A stretch of DNA of 61,841 nt, filler included, from Choristocarpus tenellus KU-1152 (lineage: Eukaryota > Protista > Phaeophyceae), in NCBI GenBank assembly GCA_964200185.2. It is 6 parts of 6 records of this genome, joined end to end, with 100 filler letters (N's around TTAATTAATTAA, not from the genome) between each part and the next. Parts side by side here need not be neighbours in the genome. Positions count along the whole stretch, not along the records: positions 24,905 to 33,758 come from CAXNAD020004256.1; positions 33,859 to 61,841 come from CAXNAD020000133.1; 4 more parts are not named here. One strand, 5' to 3'. Numbering within the stretch: position 1 is the first letter of the stretch; each line of letters starts with the position of its first letter. The notes under the pieces were generated by a model that saw nothing but the letters and a program-made list of their open reading frames with translations, made no database searches and was not told the origin of the DNA. Below, piece by piece: positions 29,620 through 42,954 of the stretch. A program made the translations under genes and the position numbers.

Positions 29620-30430
29620 CTAGAATCATTTATTGAAATACGTACTGAAACTGCTCCTCTAGACTAGAGCTATGAAGGTGATGTAGAAACAAGGTAAGGG
29701 TTACACGAGTCTATCAAGGCATACTTCCCCAACCTGCTTAGTGTCTCCAACTTGGAGTGCATGACAAGCCTTGAAATCACCTCTCCTGCTTTGCCATACA
29801 CCATCTGTCACACGCATGCCTCCACTGCACTTGTCCCCCTCAATTCCCCAATCCCTCTACCACACACCACCAGAGTCTCCAGGAATCGCTCTGCCAGTGT
29901 ACCGAGACACCCAAAGCTTTTCACCACAAAGGTGTGAAGGTCATCACTACGAGAGTCGAAATATCCTTCATAGTGGATGTGCGTTTGGGACTTCACCTGC
30001 TGCAGCAGTGACACTGTGTTTGACAACAATTCTTGCATAAGTCGCTGTTCGCTTGGATCTCTCCGAATGCCAGATCTAGGAAGAGATTTTTGTACCAGTA
30101 CAGAGCAGTGTCTGCATTGGACAGTGCCATCGTATGGAAAATCCACAAGATGAAATTTTCTGTGAATGTTGAAGGGCTTCCTATTCTCAGGGAAGTCCAT
30201 CCGCCTGCAGACATTGCCCAGTTGCCTAACTGCAGGCGTGTGCTGCTGCGCTTTCCCTCTAGCATGAGGGTATGGATGTGTGTACCTAGTATTGGTACCT
30301 TGTCTTGCGCATCAAACTACAGGGTACTGCCCGAACAGTGCTGTTACAAACCGAGCTCAAGGGAGTTCCCTTACCTGACTTGGGTGATGATGGCCTCATT
30401 GAACAATATCGCAGGCAGAAGGTAATGCCT
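29620..30430 (-). mobile_element. CRE-like non-LTR retrotransposon 3' part, degenerate second copy
   Basis: LYWYKNLFLDLAFGEIQA...HTFVVKSFGCLGTLAERFLETL. 29660-29765 is the diverged reverse complement of 28790-28895. Confidence 0.7.
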
Positions 30431-33400
30431 TGGCACTTGGTCTCAAATGTTTTACACTACTTCTATTATTCTTTAGTTTTGATTCATAACATTTTGAGAC
30501 CAATAAAATGAACTTGCCTCTAAACTAACGACTGAAAATGATAAATTACTACTAGGATAAAATAGAATAAATAAATGACCATAAATCCCTACCATCCAAA
30601 TCTTACAGTGCACAACCATATAGGCGTTCATGAAACTGGTATATTGAACCGTTGGTATATTGAACCGTCTCCTTTAATATGCTTTCATTACAAGTAATGC
30701 AGATTTTGTTGTTTTCGCCGTATTCTCTACCTTGTATGTTGCTTCTTGTCACTCTCGTGACAATACGTACCTGCAAAATGCCACCTGTAGGCAAAAATGA
30801 TTGTAAATTAAGTGCGATTGCAGAGTATTACTGTTTGATCGATGATGTGATAAAAGGGCATAATAATAAAATATATATTATATAGTCAAAGTGTATAAAC
30901 AGCGACTGATTGTTTTTTAACGATTGATGATATTTGGTCCAGTATCCTGAGTGGGAGTGGAACTCCAGGAGGTCTGAAGAGTGAGATATCCAATTTTCCA
31001 TTTTGTAGTGGGTCTTGGTCCGCCCTTTCTTGTTCGATTGGGGTACCATAATAAAACTAATATCGGTCAGTGAGCCACCCACCCACCTTGTCAAATTAAC
31101 ACTAATTAACACTAATTCGCAAACAATTTACCTTACAAATCACTACAACACCCCAAAGAACTTCCACATGACAATGATTATACGCAACATATACTATTAT
31201 AGTATGAAATACGTGTGAACCCACAAACCAAAAAATAAAGATATAAAAATTAGATATCAAGAAGAGTAGCACCAGTACAGGTACAACAGTATCACATGGC
31301 TCATCTTTATATTCCCAATTCCTAGTATTTAGTGCTGGCCTTGTGAAGTTCTGTCGTCCTGTACCCGACATGGAGATAGGGTATCGTCTTTCTGCCATGT
31401 TAGTAGTGCAGGTAGATGGCGTGTCTCCGTTATCATACTCCTTTCAAAACAGAAAGTCACTTCACCTTGTCCTCTTTCACTACCAAAAAACAACATATAC
31501 TACATACTGCAGTGATGAGCAGAGGCTCTGTATTCAACGGAGGAGCAGTCCTGTTTCGCTGTGGCTGCTCCCCACCCATTTCAACTATTGTTACCCTATG
31601 AGTAGGACTTCTTTTTTTTAAAGAATTGGCTAGTTAGGTTGCTGAGTGAAATAGAAAGTATCAACCAAAGACTATGCAGTAGTAGCATATACTACTAACA
31701 CGTAATAATACACTAGTATGTCGGTAGAAGACTGGACAACTTAAGTTCTTGACAAGACGCGACTACCCTCTTTCCGTCAAACGGCGACTCTCGATAATGA
31801 GAAAGTGTTACTAGTGCTCTACTGAGTACGTGTAGCTGCAACTATGCCTTATGGTGACTCACTTCGCATTCAATAGCGACAGTTTGCCAAACAAGAATTG
31901 GTCTTGGTTTAGCCTTCAGCAAACGAAATTGTGCCTTTTAACTCTATTCAATCAAGTGGTACCCTAACGAACCAGAAAACATCCTGTCATAGTTTCCCGA
32001 AGCGCATCAGTTACTACGACACATAGATGAGAGCGAAATACTGTGCTCCAGACCTATTCTAGGAACCATTCATTGAACAACAATACAGCAAGTGAGTACG
32101 CTCAATGAGTCAAACCAATTGAGAGGTAGGCAGGTTCGGACTCTTTTTAATTCTAAGCCATCTTTTCTGTCCTGCGCAAAACAATCTATTTCATTACCAT
32201 ATGTGTACAAGAGTGTACGCCATATTGGCATCCCTCTTTCCACCCACAAAGCGACACCACAATTCAGCAAAGAAGACTCTTTCTGCAAATGTGCGAAATG
32301 ACACATTCCTCCCCTTTCTAGGGGTCCTTAAAATGCAACCCTGCCTACCTCTCAGAGTTGATTTGATTCAATATACCTATCAATAAAATAGTTGTAGAGA
32401 TCGCAGCAGCCCACTATCGTGTGATCAAAGCACTATGGTGCCCCTGGACGTGCAGTTGTAGCCGTGGAAGCATCACCTTATCACTACCGATTTATTTGTG
32501 TCAGGGATCAGGGGAGAGTACCACATACGCACATGCAGCAACCTGGTGATTCGGTCAAGAAACGCAAGAGTACATATCACACTATAATATGCTGTCTCCC
32601 TCATTTTCCCGCGAAGCAGGGGAAGAAAAAATCCTTCCCGAATTCTCTGCAGATCGGGAAAAACTTAAAACATTTCCATATCAGAAATTTGCTTGCGTTG
32701 TGATAGGTTTTGTGGGGGTCATGTGAGTATTTGACCCTACTATACGGAAGTTTTTATTTGTTGAATATAAGGTAGTATCATACTACTACTCTATTAATCC
32801 TTCATAAATACTTCTACAAGATTTCACTCACTTTGATCCTAGAAATCCCTTCACTCTCCAAATTAAAAAATGGTTTCACTTGTGTGCCAAAAAAACATGT
32901 GATCCCTGACTCAAGTCAAAATTTACTACCACATCATAATATAGTGTGATCAATTCCTACCAGAAATACTAGGAACAGGAATATTCTTGTGTAAGAGTAG
33001 GTTCAAGACTTTTTTGGAGATGTCCATTTTAGATTTAGGTGACATCACGATCCAACCGATAATCACATGACATTTTTAAAATTCTACTTTGGAAAGCTCC
33101 TTTTTTTTTTTATTCTCTCTCCTTCCAATAATAGGAAAAACTATGGGAAGTCTTGAAACACTTTCGCTTAATAAATATAAATTTTCCATTTTTACCCCTT
33201 ACAACGACCAATCAGAAACGTTCACGTTTATAGATCACTTTAACTCTTTCGATTTAGTAGGTCCTATCCTCTACATGACCTCAAAACGAGTCTTAAGACT
33301 CACCCTAAATTGAACTAAACACCTCAAAGGTTATTTCATTAACTCTGACTCCACAGAATGCGAAAGTGTTTCATAATAATATCGTCAATACTGCGTGTGG

Positions 33401-33682
33401 GAACACCAGTAGTAGTAGGAGAATTTTCGATGATGAGCTTCAAGTGTACTCCCATACACTCCAGTTAATGTGAAGGGCATGCTCTGTCTGAACGGGAGGT
33501 GGAGGTGGGAAGAACCGCCAGATAGGCGACTCAAAATCGAAGTAATTGAGGAGGGTAGAGGCAAGCTGAGGAAGTGATACAAGAATGTTCTTCAATCCCT
33601 ACCTGTGATTAGAAGTGACCAGTCAGAACAAAACTCATTGCCTTGAGTTCGACAGTCGACTCTACAATAGATCTCCGGATTG

Positions 33683-33758
33683 AGCCAAAATATCTTAGAG
33701 GGTAGAGTCACGTCCATTTGGGGGTGAAAATAAAATTTGTGATTTTGATGTAATTTTG
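33683..33758 (+). mobile_element. MITE family A, truncated by contig end
   Basis: Begins GAGCCAAAATATCTTAGAGGGTAGAG. Confidence 0.85.
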
Positions 33759-34712
33759 NNNNNNNNNNNNNNNNNNNNNNNNNNNNNNNNNNNNNNNNNN
33801 NNTTAATTAATTAANNNNNNNNNNNNNNNNNNNNNNNNNNNNNNNNNNNNNNNNNNNNGGGGGGGGGGTGTCATTCCCGCCAAATTGATCCTATTCTGTG
33901 AATCAACAATCAAACTAATCACGGATTACTTGCTACAATGTTTCTTATTCCTGAATGCTTCTACGTTGAAGTCAATTTAGCCCTTTCAATATTCTCTATT
34001 CTTTAGAACACAAACATGATCTCTTCCATCCTTAGATTGTTTCTTACAGAACCTACTTTTACACACAAATAAAAAAAGAATATTCTTGATGAAAAGTGAC
34101 TCGGGTCAGGCTGACCAATAGTCTGAAAAGGAAACCTGGTCATAGCCGTGAGTGACATCGGGAGAGATGGTCCACGTCCATCAACAACAACAACTCAAGA
34201 AGGTCAAAACAGATTCATTCCACACACTTACGTCACGGAACAAATACTTCTTTTTTTTTACGAGAACGCGCCAGGAAAGATCCTCATCCAGAGTCACCCC
34301 CACAAAGGAAATGCTCTCATCAGGAAAGGTGGAAGAGCAACGCCGTTGATAGTATGATACTCCTTAAAAGTCTGATCCTTTCCCTGTAAAGTAAATTACC
34401 ATGTGCTTGGATACACAAACACACACGCTTGGAGGAATAGCACAGATACAACAGTGTCTGTTCCCACTAGCAGGACCAGTTCTTGCAGTTGATGTACTCC
34501 AGTTTTTCGCCCTGCTGCCATGAGGTCCAAGAACAAACACTGTCTGACTGGTCCCCCATATATGATGCATTACACATTTCAAATCAGCTTATCGTGATGA
34601 TGTAATCCCCAGTATTGATGGCGACACTTCTTAAAATCCTCACCCTAACCAACCCCTAACCCCGAGGCTGACGAAACCCTAACCCTAACCCTAATCCTGA
34701 TATCCTTGTCAG

Positions 34713-36411
34713 GGCGGAGGTGAGTGACGTGACCAACGCAGTCTATGACGGTACGGATGCTGTCATGCTCTCTGGGGAAAGTGCGCAGGGAAAGTGAGAT
34801 GCTGACCAAGGACATGTTTTGCCTGTTGCCTTCCTCAAAATCCCTGTTCCCCCCCCCTCATCCTGTCCACCGCACGTGCCCTGATTTGTTAATTTTGTGA
34901 AGCATAATCTCAGTAGCAGGAGGTTGTTTTCCATGATGGTGCTGACTCTCTTTACTCAGACACAAGTTGCACCTGCTGACATCTGAGACTGTACTGTCCC
35001 ATCCCCCCCCCCCTCCAACCCCGCCCCATCCAATCCGGAGGTCGCAGAAGTGCTTCCATTTGTAAAATACTGATATGTTTCGATGTTTTGCCCTCACCTT
35101 TATCCACGATCGTCTTTCCTTCTACCACTACTATGTACATGTTTTTCTTTTTTCTACAATTGCTATGTGGCACTTGTGGTGGGCGCGAACGCCTCCCCCT
35201 CCTCCCCCATTCCCAGGTATCCTGTGGAGTCAGTGTTCATGATGCGTCGCATCATCGATGAGGCCGAATCATGGAAAGGGGTAAACCAGGAGCTGGTGTT
35301 GCCCAGTGTCAAGGTAGTAGCCTCTGAGTCTTCTGAGTATGAAACTATTGCATCCTCCGCAGTTCATGCTGCAAATACCCTAGGTGAGAGAAATGAAAGC
35401 TGGGCACCTGTTTTAACATAACACTGGCTTGAGAGATATTAGTAGCTGTAGTGCTGTTGTGGATTGAGAGCATTTATGAATGTGAGCGTAATCGGCTTGA
35501 ATTGATTTTTTTTTGTATTTGAGTGTATTTGTAGTGCAATTGAAGTGCACAAATTGAGGTGCATTTGTCTGGAGATCAAAATGCTCAGTGCGCATCTAGA
35601 CGGAAAACTTCCCACCAGTTTTTCGTTTCCATTAATTGTGCTTCAATCGAACCAAAACATTCCAATTGAATCTAAGATTCACAGCACCGGCAGTAACAAG
35701 GTTGGACGTTTTTTTCTTTTTCTTTTTAAGCAATCTGTTCTGTTACAGGGGAACAAAGCAAGCACGGATGTGCTCAATGCCAAAATAGTGCAGTTTATTC
35801 CTTGTCAATGATTTCAGATGTGGACTTCATTCTGCTTGCTCTCCTGAGACTCCCAAGTCCCCCTTGTGATTGTTCCCATCTCACGTTTTTTTGTTGTGTG
35901 TTTCTTCATGGCAGGTGCCAAGGTAGTTGTGGTGCTGACAGAGGATGGTGTACTGGCACGTTTAGTGTCCAAGTACCGCCCCCGAGTCCCGGTGAGGTTT
36001 GCAAATTAGTGATAACTTTTTGTGCCTTTTTTTAACCTGTTGGTTTCACTTGCTTTATCTGTAAAAGGCGAATCTAGGGCTCTAGTCTTGCTTCACCCCC
36101 CTCCCCCTCCTCCCCATCAATATCCAACATGTTTGGTATCTCGGACCACCGGGCTGTATGTGTACATGCTATTGCAGGTAATCTGCTGCTGCCCCACACA
36201 AAAAGTAGGTCGTCAGCTTATCATAAACCGTGGGCTTCATCCGGTTGTGCTTGGGCAAGCAGGGGACATTACTGAAGGTCCCAAGCAAGCCCTCCACCTA
36301 GCGGCTAGTGTGGGCTTCTGTCGCCCAGGGGACACAGTCATCTTGGTGTATAAGGATCGTGAGACGCCATCAAAGGAGCTGACCCTGCGGATATGCAAGG
36401 CAGGGACATAG
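34713..36411 (+). CDS. PK: Pyruvate kinase, last four exons
   Basis: Exons 34713-34793 ([27 protein letters not shown]), 35217-35383 ([17 protein letters not shown]...[15 protein letters not shown]), 35915-35991 ([25 protein letters not shown]) and 36178-36411 ([23 protein letters not shown]...GT*). Hallmark [11 protein letters not shown] and SKYRP motifs; phases consistent. Confidence 0.96.
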
Positions 36412-37799
36412 GAATCGTGTTTTTTTTTTGTTGCTGCTGGGGGCATTGAGAGGAGAGGGAGGGGGTATGATGGCACCATTGGTCAGTCCGGTCCATGTGA
36501 GGCCCATTATGCGCATGTGTTTTTGTTGTATCATTCTGGATGTGGCTTATTGTTGCAGTGATGCGGTCTCGCAAATACAGACAAGGGTGTGACTTGCAGT
36601 GATACATGTCCTTGGTCCTTTGTCCCACTGGGATGTCTCATCACATCCTGACAGAGACTCCTCAGCATGGCATGGGTCCACAAAAGCATTTATCGAAGAT
36701 TTTGTCTCTCCTCCAGGGCTCCCCTTTTCCTTTTGACTTGTGATGGAATTGACTTTCTTTGCCTCCAACCGCCCCTTTCAAACAGGTCGATTGACTTCTT
36801 CAGCATCATTCCAAGCTGGGTTAGGATGCAATATATCCACAACTCCTTGCTCCGGACACTGCTTGATTTTTAGAGAATATTGTTTATCTAGTTTAGTCAC
36901 CTCATACGTCGTTCTGGTACACTGAATGCATTCAAATTGGTTGAAGAGACTGATAGTGTTGGCTCTACAAGACGGTCAAGTCAGTGGGAGGAGCAGAAGC
37001 AGCAAGGTGTGTACTTGACTTTGGAACAGCATGGTAATGTGACACCCATTGACACAGAAGCAGACTTTATATCCAGATTACTCGCTGCCAATCTAAGCAT
37101 CAAAATATGATCTCAATTGTTTTACCAGAGGTTCCACTAGCAGCTATAAGTGGCATAGTATGATTAAAATAAATTGTAAATATTTTTTGGTCTCTTACCT
37201 CATGTGCATATAATTTATAGTGCTTGGAATCATTGCAGGTGAATGTATTGTATGTACTGGTATGTTTACTCAACGTGAGGGAAAGGTGAGGAGGATACCT
37301 CGTAGTTTTGCAGGTAGGATCTGTGTTGTATGAAAAATGAGTAGTCACCGGAATGTGGTGGTTCATCTTGTATAGGAGACGACCTATTGCAACGTTTCAT
37401 GACTGTTAATGTGTAAACTTTGTTATTCAACCATTCACAAGGTTCTTGCTTCATCTATGCACATGGTGCTTCACTTATTATGACAGAAGAGAAAAAAGGC
37501 AAGTAAGAACAACGTAAGAAGGATGTGAGTATCATAGAGGGGACACTGCTGCTGCCTGAGAACCCCCATACCTCTACCCCCAGTGAATAGAGCCAAGACT
37601 CGCAAGTGCCTAATTATATCCCAGTTCTATTTCATGGCGTACAGAAGGAATGATAATCTTGAACCATAAGTAAGCAAAATCGAGGTATTTTATGTGACTA
37701 GAATGGTTCATTCTGGACTTCTTTGAGACCTCTGTACGAAATCAATCAAATTTGGGTAACGATAGTTCAGTGACAACAATGTGCGATTACCACCATTAT

Positions 37800-38325
37800 T
37801 TTAAAAAATGGTGCAATTGGGGGAGAACCGCTGTCAGAGAATCTACGTAAACGAGAGGTAACCCAGGTTGTGGCCGTTTTGTATTTAAGTCTGTTTTTCA
37901 ATCTTTTGCATTTCACCCATATTTGTATGGATAAAGTTCTGAGTTCACTCAGTGGAGAGAGTTTACTCCTGTACATAACTTTTGATCAACAATTTTTTTC
38001 ATGAAAATTCGTTTCTTGTAATCGCATCAGTATGCTTAACCTTTTATTTCATGGGTCTCATTTGGTCAACTTGCAGTAATCGTGAGAAATACAGGACCAT
38101 TCTCGTTGGAATATATCAAATGGTAAGCAATACTCATTGTGAAGAACTTCTCCACAAATACTCTCGACAGTCCCCCTTCCTCCTTAAGACTGACAGGAAT
38201 GTTTCCTCTCATTCCAGGCAACCTATAGTCATAGTAGCGTCGTACATAGTGGTTCGCCCGCCCCCAGACCATCTCTATCAGGTTCAATTCACTGTGTCTT
38301 GTGAGTGGCTTAAACAGTATTAAGC
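37800..38325 (-). mobile_element. IS630/Tc1-mariner-like DDE transposase C-terminal fragment (degenerate)
   Basis: LTRHSELNLIEMVWGRANHYVRRYYDYRLPGMRGNIP...VEKFF resembles the P..H.ELNPIE.VW...K.Y+R...DY motif around the third catalytic acidic residue. Confidence 0.65.
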
Positions 38326-38356
38326 CGAGGCCCGCCCACTTACCGTTTTGGCGGTT

Positions 38357-38671
38357 ACCAATCTTGATTTTTTTGAAAAGGTTGACCAACGAGTAAATCG
38401 TCGATCAACATATCAAATGAAAGCTCTGGATCTAGGCTATCGATTTGCGCAAAGAAATTCTTTCGGAAAAATATGTTTAGTCGTGATAATTCATTCCGGA
38501 ACATTTTCAAGGTTGTGTCGAAAACATTCGGTTAAAATCTAAACTTACCAAAAGAATTTTCCGAAAGAATTCCTTTCCGGAAATCGATATCTTTGGTCAA
38601 GTCCTCCCATTCGATATGCCGATCGTCATTTAACTCTTTGGGCAACCTTTTCAAAAAAAATCAAGACGGGT
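38357..38671. mobile_element. Foldback / long imperfect inverted repeat (~115-bp arms)
   Basis: Left arm ACCAATCTTGATTTTTTTGAAAAGGTTGACCAACGAG...AATTCTTTCGGAAAA pairs with right arm TTTTCCGAAAGAATT...GGCAACCTTTTCAAAAAAAATCAAGACGGGT. Confidence 0.8.
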
Positions 38672-39113
38672 CTGATCCTAGAGGTGATGCGAACACTATA
38701 GTACTCCAAAGAACTTAAAACTTTTCGATACAAAATTCAGATAATATTGTTGACGCATTAAAAAAAAATGCAACTCTCTCGTTTGCTTCGACTTGGACAG
38801 AATTTTCAACGTAGGGTGATGAGGTATATATATATATTTATTTTATTTTTTTAAAGCAATAATAGTGAGGTTTTCAAAATATCCAATTCGTAGGGCTTTT
38901 CTTGCTCTAAGGTGGAAGATAATCGGCTTTGTATCTGTTTCTGCACTACTACTACTGCTACTTTCTGGCGAAGAGTCCAGTTGTGAACACAGTCCAATCT
39001 GATGTGGCGTCTCGTGTGTATGTGTATGCATCCCTTGTGTATCATTTTCGAGGATGTTGGAGAGAAGGTGGTTGTCAAACATAATGTTGCTGCGACTATG
39101 CCTTAGAGCAGAT

Positions 39114-39374
39114 GAGTGAAAGTATGTTAGAGGGTACGAGTTTTGCCCTGTTTGTCCATATTTGGGGCTTGGCTTCCCACGGGTTTTTCAATGACATTTT
39201 CCTACTCCCAAATGTTTCGGAGCAGATAAAATGTATACCTTATGAAAAGGTGTGCCCGGAACAAGCATATTTACACTTCCTAACAAGCATGATACCCAAA
39301 ATTACAATAAGATCGCAACATTGGGTATTTGCCCCCAAATGGACGCGACTCTACCCTCTAAGATACATTGACTC
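39114..39374 (-). mobile_element. MITE family A copy
   Basis: Reverse-orientation copy with both TIRs. Confidence 0.9.
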
Positions 39375-39474
39375 TCCTTTAGCAAGCTAGTAGGGTGAAC
39401 TCCGTCTCTATTCCCCTCCAAAAGCTGCAATGGCTCTCAAGTATACACAGAGTGCATGATACATGCATGCTTAA

Positions 39475-39734
39475 GAGTCAAAGTAATTTCGAGTGTAAAG
39501 CCGTGTCCGTTCGGGGACCAAAGTCCAATGTTGCGATTTGGATGTTATTTTATCTATCGTGTTTGTTAGGAGGTGTCAATATCCTTGTTCCGGACACACC
39601 CTTTCATAACATACACATTTTACCTACTCCGAAACATTTTGGAGTAGGTAAAATGTCAGAAATAACCCGTGAGAAGCCAAGACCCAAACGGACAAATAGG
39701 GCAAAACTCGTACCCTCTAAAGATACTTTCCCTC
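39475..39734 (+). mobile_element. MITE family A copy
   Basis: Forward copy with both TIRs, flanked by TTAA on each side. Confidence 0.9.
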
Positions 39735-42700
39735 TTAAGGAAGATTATTGGGGTGATCTAGAGTGCATGATATTCTTCCAGCCTGTATTAATACTTCAAC
39801 GTCTGTACACTATATAATTTTCGTGCAATGAAGAAAATGAGCCAAATATGAAGCCCTCATATCCACCATGTCATATATCATGACACTACAATCCAGCACA
39901 GCTCATTACTGCTGGAATAATGCAATACTCCCAGAAGCTTGTATGATTCAATGGCAGCGTATTAGTACAGCGCCTTAATAGCAGCGGCTTTATTTCTGTT
40001 GCTTCTGAAAGGGTCGAGCTTGGATTCTAGCCAATGACAACTGCGCACCGACACAAATAACGTCGCTAGTCCTATTTGGTCTCTGTTAATGAAGAGAGCA
40101 CATGATTGTGCACAATTTCATCTAAATATCTCATAACCCTAACCCTAATACTATAGAATACCCCCCACACAGAAGAAGCACCCTCTCTTCTGCACCAAAC
40201 AGTTTGTGATGACCGAATCCAGTACATGACAACAGCCATAGCTTTTTTAACGTTGCTCATACACTCAGCACATGTTGTTTTGGTAGCACTTGGTATAGGC
40301 CCAGACTAAAGTACTCTTAACCTAGTCTTCTGCTTCTATAGGGTTAGGGTTAGGGTTACTAGTTTCCATCTTTTCTACTTCCAGGTCCATGTTCTCTACC
40401 TTCAACCTGCATCGCAGCTTCCTCTGCTCAATGCGTTGAGCCTTCCTCTGCACTGTCTTGCCCAGTGCAGACCCCAATAACCACCACAGGGGGGGGGGGG
40501 GGTAGGCGGTCACACGAAATCCTCTAATGGAACTACATGAACCCCTGCCACACATCATACACCAATACAGAGAGGCTCCCGATCCAACCGCAGCTCCATC
40601 AAACACCAATGGAGCTGCCCCTTGCAACTGCTTGTCGCAGCATTCACCCTAGACATTTGCACCCCACAGTAATTGCCACCAGCAGCTAGAAGTTGAATGA
40701 AGGATGCAGATGCTGTATGGACCAATGACCGCAACAGAGGGGCCTCAGTAGAGATATGTGCAACTGGCTTGTGAAGGGTTACTACTAATACTAGTATGAC
40801 AAATGGAAATGTGATAGCTATGAGAAAGAACTACACTGGTTTGCTGTGACAAACATGCAGATTACGTTCCAAGTGTATGACTATTTGGTGACCAAGTTGT
40901 TCATAATAATACCATTAAGACATACTCCGTGCACTTTCAAGTCCAAAGCTAGGAAGTCTGTCTACCCCTACACAACCCAACCTGTGGTCCAAAACAATAC
41001 ACACTGGATTACTAATACAACAAATTGGACTGCTTCGTGTGTGCCTTGCTTCTCACGATTCGGGTTCAGTCATCCCACAGCACATCACTCTCCCTCGTTC
41101 CTCTAACCTTGAACTGGTTACCTGGCTACATCACTCCACAATGAAGCCACCATGATACAGGATTTTCCCTGACCAAGCTGTACATGGAGAGGTATCTTTT
41201 GACAGGTGCTAGCATGCCCTTCACGATTTGCAACCAGAAGAGCCTTGTGACTCTGGGGTTGGTTCGGGCCAAGGCATGTCAAGTCTCTATTATTAGTCAT
41301 GGCAGTGTTCGAGTCGCAGGTTACAAATGGGATGCTAGCTCCAAGGACACCTCCACAAATACAGACTGATCATCAAGAGGCTTTTTATTGAACCGTAATC
41401 AGCGTATCTTTCACAACAAGCCTGAGCTGTTCCATCACCTTTCCATGATCATAGTAGGACTACACAAGCAAGTTGGGGGGTTGCAAGAGCCTCAAGTTGG
41501 GTTCTTCCTTGACAAGTCACTGGTCTACATGGTACATGCACAACTGTATGTACCGTCTGGTGTTTTTCTCATTTCTAAATGAGTATCAACAAGGAGTGGC
41601 AAGACCCGTGGGCCAGTCTAAAGAAGCAAGTACTCAGAAAAGATTTGAACAATAGCCACTAATCACATAAACATGCTCTCAAATCTTTGCATTGTCAACG
41701 CCATTTGTTCTTCAACTACCAAGTTTCCTCCTGCGGTTCTTGCACTCATGTACCATACCAACGACAGTCCTATGCTCCAATACCCCTGTTGGGCGTTGCC
41801 CCTTTGCCAAGCACTAGTAGCTCACAACCATTGCAGGAAGCAATTTTTCAGGCAGAAGAGCAGGACTACGCGGAGCAAGCGACCACTTATCTAGTTTCAA
41901 TAGTACCTGGCAATAAATAATAAAATCTTCAGAAAAACTACGCAATGTAGACCAAATTATCGTTATGTAATTGTCAGCAGTCCACCATCTAAATTGTGGA
42001 CATCCAGGGTATGATTGGGTCTCTTACTGAGCACAAATCCATAGCGTTAGTGACATGCAAAGGGACAATGGCATAGTCCCAAATTTTACTTCTATTGGGG
42101 GAGGTTGACAGGATCATCTGGGGAAAATGCAGGCAACGAAAACTTGAGCTGTGTCGAGGGAGGATTATGAACTTTACCAAGTCATGATAAAAACTAGTTT
42201 TTCACCTAGCTTAAAAGTCACATGAGGCCCAGGCACCAAAAAGGCGTTCCTACAAGGACCGAAATTATCCAAGAAACATTCAGTGTGTCTTACTGTGCAA
42301 GGGGAAAAACTGTTCATAACATGGTCCAAACATACCACCGTTTACCAAATTGACGAGCATATTCTACAAACTCTATCTTCCAAATCGTGGCAGATACACA
42401 CTCAGACAGTTCGTACAGAGAGACAAATCTACATCCCAAACGACCGCTTGCATCACAATAGTGCAGCGACTTAGGTTTTGGGGTGCTCTAGTTCTTCTTA
42501 TCAAGAGAAACAGCAGGTTGGTGAACTCTGTTTGATAAGGATTTATCGCTTCGACGTCATCTGGCGATCCCTCTTCTTTTTTTTACTCCACTACGTTGCC
42601 TGACCTACCCATGCTGTTGTTACCCACCCCAGCGTTCCTTCTACCAATAGAGGGGTTGTGGTTCCCGCACGTCCCACATGGAACAAGGTACGCCTGCGAC

Positions 42701-42954
42701 ATGGGCTGCATGCCCACCTCCTGTCGAGTTCAGTTACGTTTCCTTGTCTACAAATAGCAGTTTCCAGTCTTTCCGATTGAGGTGTTGGTCGTGATCGCGC
42801 GACTATTGACGTAGGCGTGTCTCGTAGTGGACCCAAATATCACGCGCAAAAAATACTCACGACACCACCTCCCATGCACGATTTGCATGAAGTTTTGAGT
42901 CAAGATCAGCGACCTAGGATCTGGTGATTTGAGCTCGGAATCAGCCAACACAGT

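Noticed and set aside
41040-42200. Possible hAT transposase relic (RYLSMYSLVRENPVSWW)
   Set aside because: The downstream PA.S..ER.FS motif is absent and there are many stops.
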